NCBI RefSeq assembly: GCF_006345805.1
Contig: NW_021833479.1
Span: 1-28,879 of the forward strand
Source: Octopus sinensis
Taxonomy: Eukaryota
Direction: 5' to 3'
DNA length: 28,879 nucleotides
The translations under genes and the position numbers were made by a program. Under the pieces are notes generated by a model that worked only from the letters and a program-made list of their open reading frames with translations, ran no database searches and was not told the origin of the DNA. This document shows, one piece after another, positions 20,817-28,879 of the stretch (its first letter is position 1; every line of letters begins with the position of its first letter).

Positions 20817-21055
20817 GAATCACACACACACACACACACACACACTGACACACACACACACACACTCACAAACACACACACACACACCTATATATATACA
20901 TATACATATATGTTTATAATATATATATATAGCTAAATAGATAGATACACATATACATGTAGGTTTATTTGCATGCACGTACACACACATAGACACACAC
21001 ACACACACATATATATATACATACATACTCGCACGCACGCAACCACACACACACA

Positions 21056-21100
<45 letters not shown>

Positions 21101-21224
21101 TGCACACATACATGTTTATAATATATATATATATATAATATATATATATAATATATATATATATATATTATATATATATAGATAGATAGATAGATACACA
21201 TATACATATAGGTTTAATTACATG

Positions 21225-21266
<42 letters not shown>

Positions 21267-21454
21267 CATACCGCACGCACGCACACACTCACACCTACAT
21301 AAGTATATATATATATATACATATACACACATACATGTTTTTAATATATCTTTATATACATAGATACACATATACATATAGGTTTAATTACACACACACA
21401 CACACACTCACACACTCACACGCACACACGCATATATATATATATACATACACG

Positions 21455-21496
<42 letters not shown>

Positions 21497-21500
21497 TATG
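20817..21500. repeat. Compound microsatellite with three higher-order units
   Basis: Anchor TAGATACACATATACAT(G/A)TAGGTTTA at 20942, 21191 and 21361. Confidence 0.85.
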
Positions 21501-21799
21501 CAGCTTAGCAATGAAGCGGTGTTTATGTACCCACCGGATGTTATTATATAATAATTGCAGAATCATTAAAATACATCGTTAGTTGATATGTCTGATGTGA
21601 ATACGGGAATCCCATTGGCTGAAATCTAATAAACTGTCCAATCGTGGTCTTATCTTATCTAATTAGATGGATGGATCTGTGTGTATCTGTCTCCCTCATA
21701 TTCTGATCCGTCTCCTTATGTCTCGTTCCAAACTCATATATCATTATACGCACACATATCTGTGTCTAAGTAGATGTATATACGCATACGTTCATTCAT

Positions 21800-22024
21800 T
21801 TATCCATGTATACATAGATACGTGTGTATGTGTGTGTGTGTATGTGTGAGTGTGCGTGCGTGTGTGTGTGTATAAGTATACTTTCAATAACTACTATGTA
21901 TATATATATATATATATAATATATACATACATAGTATATATACATATATATACACATACACACACACGAATGCATATACATACTCTCATAATATTTGCAT
22001 GCATGCATCCATCCTTACTTACAT

Positions 22025-22068
<44 letters not shown>

Positions 22069-22218
22069 TATACAAAAACATTTATTCTTCATACATACAC
22101 AACACACATACATACATACATACATACACACATACATTCATACATACATACATACAAAAAAATAATACGCCCGTATTCATGCGCATATATATATATAATA
22201 TATAATATATATATATAT

Positions 22219-22254
<36 letters not shown>

Positions 22255-22277
22255 CATATATATATATATAATTATAT

Positions 22278-22323
<46 letters not shown>

Positions 22324-22367
22324 TACATATATATATACATACATACTATATATATATATTATATATT

Positions 22368-22398
<31 letters not shown>

Positions 22399-22423
22399 CA
22401 CATATACATATACAAATACATAC

Positions 22424-22471
<48 letters not shown>

Positions 22472-22480
22472 TATTATATT
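21800..22480. repeat. Long (TA)n/(CATA)n microsatellite field
   Basis: Read directly; explains the 224-aa Y/I/H ORF. Confidence 0.92.
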
Positions 22481-22937
22481 CGAGTATGTGTTTGTGGGTA
22501 ATGGATATAAGAGAGTATAATTAGTGTACAACCATTCATTTTATGCATTTGTGCTTAAACAGACATAAAAAAGAAGTTTGTGAACCAATTAAACGCTCAG
22601 AAGTTTTAAACTAATGCTTACAATAGGAAGTTTGTGTAATATATTTCGTATGTTCAGTTAAATCGAGGTCAATTGCTGATGTGCTCCTCTTCCCACTTTG
22701 GTGGCATCTTGCCAGTATTTTAGAAACCATCAATATTATTGCTGTCAGACAGATGTAAGACGGAAAAGCAACGGCAGAGAGCTAGAGGGAGCTAGAGAGC
22801 TAGAGAGCCAAACAGAATATACGAGGACGTTGAGCTTTCTTCTTTCACATTTGTGAGTTCAATTCCTGTGTGTTTTAACGAAGACCGTGGGCAGATATGA
22901 ATTGTATAATGTGATCGAGGTGTTAGCTTCCTGGCCT

Positions 22938-23122
22938 TTACTCTTTTACTCTTTCACTTGTTTCAGTCATTTGACTGTGGCCATTCTGGAGCACCGCCTT
23001 TTAGTCGAGAAAATCTACCCCAGGACTTATTCTTTGTAAGCCTAGTACTTATTCTATCGGTGTCTTTTGCCGAACCGCTAGGTTACGGGGACGTAAACAC
23101 ATCAGCATCAGTTGTCAAGCGA
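22938..23122 (-). mobile_element. SINE family A tail, forming one arm of a fold-back
   Basis: Family A 3' body. 22956-23059 is the reverse complement of 23120-23223. Confidence 0.88.
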
Positions 23123-23650
23123 TAGAATAAGTACAAGGCTTACAAAGAATAAGTCCTGGGGTCGATTTTCTCGACTAAAGGCGGTGCTCCAGCATGGCCA
23201 CAGTCACATGACTAAAACAAGTAGAGCATGTGTAAAATTTGAACGAAATCGGTCGGGTCTCTTTTGCCGAACCGCTAGATTACGGGGACGTAAACACATC
23301 AGCATCGGTTGTCAAGCGATAGAATAAGTACAAGGCTTACAAAGAATAAGTCCTGGGGTCGATTTGCTCGACTAAAGGCGGTGCTCCAGCATGGCCACAG
23401 TCACATGACTAAAACAAGTAGAGCATGTGTAAAATTTGAACGAAATCGGTCGGGTCTCTTTTGCCGAACCGCTAGATTACGGGGACGTAAACACATCAGC
23501 ATCGGTTGTCAAGCGATAGAATAAGTACAAGGCTTACAAAGAATAAGTCCTGGGGTCGATTTGCTCGACTAAAGGCGGTGCTCCCGCATGGCCACAGTCA
23601 CATGGTTGAAACAAGTAGGGCATGTGTAAAATTTGAACGAAATCGGTCGG
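23060..23650. repeat. 197-bp x3 chimeric tandem array (antisense SINE A + sense SINE A + Helitron-type fragment)
   Basis: Units start at 23060, 23257 and 23454. The period is confirmed by near-identical track ORFs at 23112, 23309 and 23506. Confidence 0.93.
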
Positions 23651-23717
23651 GTAGTTCTCGAGTTTTAGTGATGCACACATACAGACAGACAGACATTCTC
23701 AGTTTTATATATATAGA
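23620..23717 (-). mobile_element. 5' end of a Helitron-type element
   Basis: Minus strand begins TCTATATATATAAAACTGAGAATGTCTGTCTGTCTG...CCGATTTCGTTCAAATTTTACACATG, similar in layout to the 5' end at 5860. The flanking base is T, not the usual A. Confidence 0.55.
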
Positions 23718-23984
23718 ATCCAGTTGCCCTTGTCTCCTTTGTTATTGATGCCTTTACTGTCATCCTTTCAGACTTGCTTGCATACCGTGGGTTTCTACGC
23801 GTACGTTTCATGTAGAATATACCCCGAATAAAGAAATCATATAATATAACAAACAGTATTGCGTGGATATAAAGAAAACAAGGGGAGACAATGCTATCAA
23901 ATATTTTACTCTCGTTATTGGATACTTTAATTATTTACTTTATATACTTTACACCGCATTCAAAACACACATATGCATACATAT

Positions 23985-24020
<36 letters not shown>

Positions 24021-24711
24021 ATGTGTGTGTAGTTCGGAAAGAAAAAAAAAAGGCCTTCCCTTTTTAACAATTCAAAAATTTTCATGACTGTTGCACAACT
24101 TAATGATGAGATAAGATAAACGGATCGTATAACAGGATATCATTAGGATTCTTTCGATCGGTATTTTAGTTGGCTAAATGTTTTGGCAACGATTACGAAC
24201 GAGTAAGTTAATGAGTACTTGAGATGGTATGGTCTTCTCTTATATCTGAATAAGAAAAAAAAAAAAAACTTAAAATTAAAATTAAGAAAAAAAAAAACAT
24301 CATGTTTATAATCTTCATCTTCGAAAAAGTATCACGGTATTATTAAGAAACTTACGAGTAAAAAGAATTTCGAAGGTGGCACTGAACTCTGTTTTGTTGT
24401 TTTAAACCTGTTAACAAATTTTCAATTTTCAAATACGATCGGATTGTAATGACCTGAAGAAGCTGGAAGGAAATTAAGGAATTAAATGATGGAGAAAGAA
24501 TGTAAGACGACGAAGTTAATAGAAATTTATTTTGCGATTTGATTGTCCAGTTGAGAACTACTTTAAAAATGTTACCGTAGCAACAGCATTTTTATGAAAA
24601 TATATTAAAATTAGAATTTTAAGATATTGTTATACTTGGGGATGGTCATATTTCGCCATTATATATTTGATCTTCATTACAGCTTTATTAATATTGTTTT
24701 AGCTTCTTTTT

Positions 24712-24750
24712 TCAAAATTCTTTCGTCACACCCCTCTGTGACCTCTTCAG
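24712..24750 (-). ncRNA. Decayed hammerhead core (third stem II design)
   Basis: CUGAAGA-G-GUCACA(GAGGGG)UGUGAC-GAAA with a perfect 6-bp stem II. Stem III palindrome is mutated and no stem I is found. Confidence 0.4.
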
Positions 24751-25070
24751 CAACTCTCTGTCCTACGTGTCTCCTTTTGTTCTGCTTATTCCATTTTTAA
24801 TTGGGAAAAATATGACCGTCCCCAAGCACAAACAATATCTGTTTCATCACACGATTTCACATCAAGTATCTTGCAAAAGAATTTTAAAAGTTCTCTATCC
24901 AATATTTAACAAATACTTAATATAAATCTCTTAATTGTCTTGCCTCATTATTGTTAGACTCGTTCATTTAAACTCTCCTTATCTAGTCTCACCATCAGAC
25001 ATGTAGCAAACCAATGACTAGCGATCCATTATAAATCTACGACCAACAACGCAAAGATTCACAGCACAAT

Positions 25071-25172
25071 TGAAGTGTTTTGCTCAAGAACACAACGCGT
25101 CGCCCGGTCCAAGAATCGAAACCACAATCTTACGATAATGATGCTGACACCCTAACCACTAAGCCACGCGCC
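25071..25172 (-). mobile_element. SINE family D head fragment
   Basis: Near-identical to 15273-15371. Confidence 0.88.
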
Positions 25173-25775
25173 ACTAAATAGCACGCCGCCTTAGAGCATT
25201 ATAAATAATGAGACACAAAATGTAGACGACAATGCTAGCAGTAACAACCACCACAGCAGCAGCAGCAGCAGCAGCGGTAGCAGCAGCAACAACAACAATA
25301 ACAGTGCATTTCTGCGTATGCCGAGTCTAACGGAAAAAAAAAAACTGGACAGAACTAAACTCATACAAAAGTAATTAGTCTGGCAGAATCATTTGAAGCG
25401 AGACCATGACTCCTTGCCTGATAAATATATCTAAGAGCTGGCAAGGCGGAATGTCGTTTATTTGTGTAAGCTAAAAATAACGGAGGATTTCATTTGCTCT
25501 TAGAATAGCAACTGCAAGATGGACTGCAGTGTGTCCTTGAGACAGAAATATTCGCCATGTGACGTGCTAAAGCCTACGGAATTGTCTGCATGGTGTTTTA
25601 AGACCGGAGACACAGCAAGTAAAACAGGTTGAAATTATGAGGCAAATATCCACTTTAAATCTGTACACCAATACTTGGGACTTAAATCATACCCCAACTT
25701 CCCAACACCCTAAGATTGTGGTAAGGTGCATCGGAAATGTCATTGAATTCTAATGTTTTGTCACATTGGCGCCAT

Positions 25776-26403
25776 ATTCTTTTCTACTCTAGGCACAAGA
25801 CGCGAAAATTTTTTTGGGGGTGGGGTGGCGGTGGGGGTAGTGGATTAAATCGACCCCAGTACGTAACTGGTACCTAATTTATCGACCCCAGAAAGAATGA
25901 AAGGCAAAGTCGACCTCGGTGGAATTTGAACTCAGAACGTAAAGACAGATGAAATACTGCTAAGTATTTCGCCTGGCTTGCTAACGTTTATTTCTTTATT
26001 GCTCACAAGGGGCTAAACACAGAGGGGACAAACAAGGACAGACAAACGGATTAAGTCAATTATATCGACCTCAGTGCGTAACTGGTACTTAATTTATCGA
26101 CCCCGAAAGGATGAAAGGCAAAGTTGACCTCGGCGGAATTTGAACTCAGAACGTAAAGACAGATGAAATACCTATTTCTTTACTACCCACAAGGGGCTAA
26201 ACACAGAGGGGACAAACAAGGACAGACAAAGGGATTAAGTCGATTACATCGACCCCAGTGCGTAATTGATACTTAATTTATCGACCCCAAAAGGATGAAA
26301 GGCAAAGTCGACCTCGGCGGAATTTGAACTCAGAACGTAACGGCAGACGAAAAACGGCTACGCATGTCGCCCGGCGTGCTAACGTTTCTGCCAGCTCGCC
26401 GCC
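25776..26403 (-). mobile_element. Head-to-tail concatemer of three SINE family B segments
   Basis: Segments start at 25776, 25989 and 26173. Only the last (26173-26403) has the full head. Confidence 0.88.
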
Positions 26404-26789
26404 TTGCGTTTGCATCATATTATGGGGAGAAAGAGAAGATAGGTGGCGTAGCAGACTTGGCATGGACTTTAAGTCCTAATGACATCCGGAACCATTGAGT
26501 CGTACCGGAGCTGTGAGTAGTTGAAAATACAGAAATGTAAGACATACAAATGATGCTATGCTGTAGGGGGGAAAATGTTGTTATAATTGTGATAGTTGGG
26601 AGTTGCTTCAGGGCTTCTGTCTTGAAGAATTGGAGAAGTGGAAGAGAAAGTCAAGCGGTGGAGACTAGCAACAGCAGGTCCTACTCACTAGTGCACCATC
26701 AGTCACATATCCAGAGACAACAGAATAAATCACTTTGTGTACGATAACAACAATAACACCCAGCATCCCCGCTACCACAACACCGTGGA

Positions 26790-26982
26790 GGCGCAATGGC
26801 CCAGTGGTTAGGGCAGCGGACTCGCGGTCGTAAGAACGCGGTTTCCATTCCCAGACCGGGCATTGTGAGTGTTTATTGAGCAAAAACACCCAAGCTCCAC
26901 GAGGCTCCGGCGCGGAGTGGGTGGATGAACCCCGCTGTACTCTTTCACCACGACTTTCTCTCACTCTTTCTTCCTACTTCTG
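26790..26982 (+). mobile_element. SINE family C, 3'-truncated
   Basis: GGCGCAATGGCCCAGTGGTTAGGGCAGCGGACTCGCGGTC head plus body. Confidence 0.88.
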
Positions 26983-27439
26983 CCACAAAGCAGAGGAACC
27001 ATGGTCTAACTCACTATGGGTGTAACCCACTATGGTGTGGTAAACTTTCAGGCCCTAGTCTAGATTGCGAATCCTCTGTACCCCAGGATGGTTCCGCTCT
27101 CCACCCGTTAAAAGACACCGTTTACCACCCGTTAAAAGACACCATTTACGGAATGAGGATAACAACGTAGCTTCTGCGCCCGTGCAACCGCCAGTCTATC
27201 GCGTGTGGTGGGGGGATCTTCAAGTTGCCACACGCATTCTTAGTAGCTTAGAGTAGGCTTGAATTAGAGATTATTCTTTGTGGCTAATGGCGTGAGTCCT
27301 GACTGGAAGAAAGAAGAAGAAGACCACAACACCAAAATGAAATAATCTTTTCTACCCTAGGCTCAAGACCCGAAATTGCTATATATTGTCGTATGTATAG
27401 ACCATTGCAATCAATCTATGACGAAAGTGAAATCTGCAG

Positions 27440-27725
27440 CCCGTTGGGTAAAACGCTTAGCGACATTTCGTCCGTCCTTACTTTCTGAGTTCAAATTCTG
27501 CCCAGGTCGACTTTACCTTTCATCCTTTAGGGGTCGGTAAAATAAGTACCAGTTGAGTACTGGGGTCGATGTAACCGATTTACCCCCACCCCACCCGAAC
27601 TTACTGGCCTTGTACCAAAATTTGAAACAGTTGTTATTATTATTGTCTGTAAGGCGGCGACCAAACGGAATCGGCGAGGTCGATTTTGTCTTTGATCCTT
27701 TCGGAGTCGATAAATTAAATACACC
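27440..27725 (+). mobile_element. Diverged SINE family B copy plus a second fragment
   Basis: Central domain at about 27500-27555 and again at about 27675-27720. Confidence 0.75.
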
Positions 27726-27752
27726 ACCACACACACACATACAACACACACA

Positions 27753-27790
<38 letters not shown>

Positions 27791-27832
27791 CCACACACAC
27801 ACACATATATAATAATATATATATATATATAT

Positions 27833-27878
27833 ACCGAGTAAACACAATAAATGTGAAACAAGGTGGAAAAAAAGTACT

Positions 27879-27923
<45 letters not shown>

Positions 27924-27969
27924 GGAGTAAACACATAAATGTGAAACAAGGTGGAAAAAGAGTACTCAA
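27833..27969. repeat. Duplicated ~48-bp unit embedded in (TA)n
   Basis: ACC(G)GAGTAAACACA(A)TAAATGTGAAACAAGGTGGAAAAA(A/G)AGTACTCAA at 27833-27881 and 27921-27969. Confidence 0.9.
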
Positions 27970-28327
27970 ATATATATATATATATCTATAATATAGATAT
28001 ATATATATAATATTATATATATATAAATTTAATCACACTATATGGATTCAAGTAATCCAGTTGGATTCGATGTAATTGACTATGCCGCTCCTTTAAATTT
28101 CAGGCCTTGTGCCTTTAGTAGAAGAGATTATTATTGTTGTTAGTAGTAGTAATAGTGATGGTAGTAGTAGTGAGACTACTGTACTATATTCGTTAATTCT
28201 TCCGCTAAATCAGCTTTATTTACGTGGCGAGTTAGAAGTGTCAGCCGTTGCGACCATTTTACAACAACAACAACAACAAAAACTGCAGAGTCATGAAATT
28301 AAAACGCCCTTTTTATTTCTCTTCCAG

Positions 28328-28384
28328 CTCTTGTGGTTCGATTCTTGACCAAGCGTTTTATATGGGAGTACGATTCATCGCAGG
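28328..28384 (+). CDS. RERG: Internal coding exon (57 nt, phase 1-1) of a RERG-like Ras-family small GTPase
   Basis: Acceptor CCCTTTTTATTTCTCTTCCAG|, donor CAGG|GTAAGT. Translation (A)[18 protein letters not shown] shares 15 consecutive residues with vertebrate RERG [20 protein letters not shown] (recalled from memory). The exon covers post-P-loop helix 1 to switch I. Missed by the ORF track because it is short. Confidence 0.88.
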
Positions 28385-28879
28385 GTAAGTAAATGCAAAT
28401 TTTTTTTTCTATCCGAGAATTCCGAAACTATATAACGAGTTCAAATCATTGCCATTTTATATATATTTTTTTTTATTATCCGAGTTCAAATCCTGTGAGT
28501 TCGTCAAGTCAAGGGGTTATGGTGTGATTCAACTATTTAGGTGTGCAGTTTCAATTGGACTACATCTGCATGGATTCGCTCTCTGATTTAGGATGGTTGT
28601 ATCCAGTTGTGGCCCGTAAACTTATCAATGGGCTTACATTTACTAAAGCTTCTAAAATGGCTTTTAATTAAATCCTTGGTTCCAACGAGATTTGCAGAAT
28701 TACTCTTTTTTTTTTTCAGTTATGCATAGGCCACATCTTCTACTACCATTCGCATTATATATATATTGAATATAAAGTTTTCAGCAATCCTACAGCTGAT
28801 ACGGTTGTTCAAAGACTTTTGTACCAAAGACAAGATATAATTCGAAAGCTTTGTTTATCAATGTTCTGGAAGGAAGTGC

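Noticed and set aside
23060-23650. Three near-identical 71-80 aa ORFs as a tandem gene cluster
   Set aside because: They are translations of the 197-bp SINE/Helitron chimeric repeat.
24450-24480. CTGAAGA...GAAA on the + strand as a hammerhead
   Set aside because: No stem II pairing between the boxes.
27000-27323. GC-richer segment with a 24-bp tandem duplication and (GAA)n end as an RTE 3' end or exon
   Set aside because: No convincing peptide motif in any frame and no good splice pair; only the tail is suggestive.
28390-28879. Next RERG exon (expected ...DTAG) after CCTACAG at about 28795
   Set aside because: Translation after this AG has no similarity to the G3 box region.

Overview
AT-rich eukaryotic DNA packed with microsatellites and tRNA-derived SINEs; the repeat content suggests an octopus/coleoid cephalopod genome (inference). 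The only host coding sequence I can support is one 57-nt exon (28328-28384, +) with strong splice sites, encoding (A)[18 protein letters not shown], a close match to the RERG-type Ras-family GTPase. The rest of the window looks like one very large intron. It holds about 25 SINE copies from five families (my labels A, B, C, D, H), a 5'-truncated R4/Dong-clade LINE, an RTE-like LINE 3' end, a decayed Penelope-like (PLE) RT, a mariner relic, two TA-flanked MITEs, Helitron-type pieces and several fold-back or tandem structures. The most interesting object is family H: a tRNA-headed SINE built as Pol III head + (AAT)n + an intact minimal hammerhead ribozyme. It occurs as a head-to-head pair, and the (TAA)n-targeting R4/Dong LINE sits inside the AAT tract of one copy. 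Almost all ORFs in the supplied track are microsatellite or SINE artefacts. All family and clade assignments come from motif recognition by eye, not from database searches.
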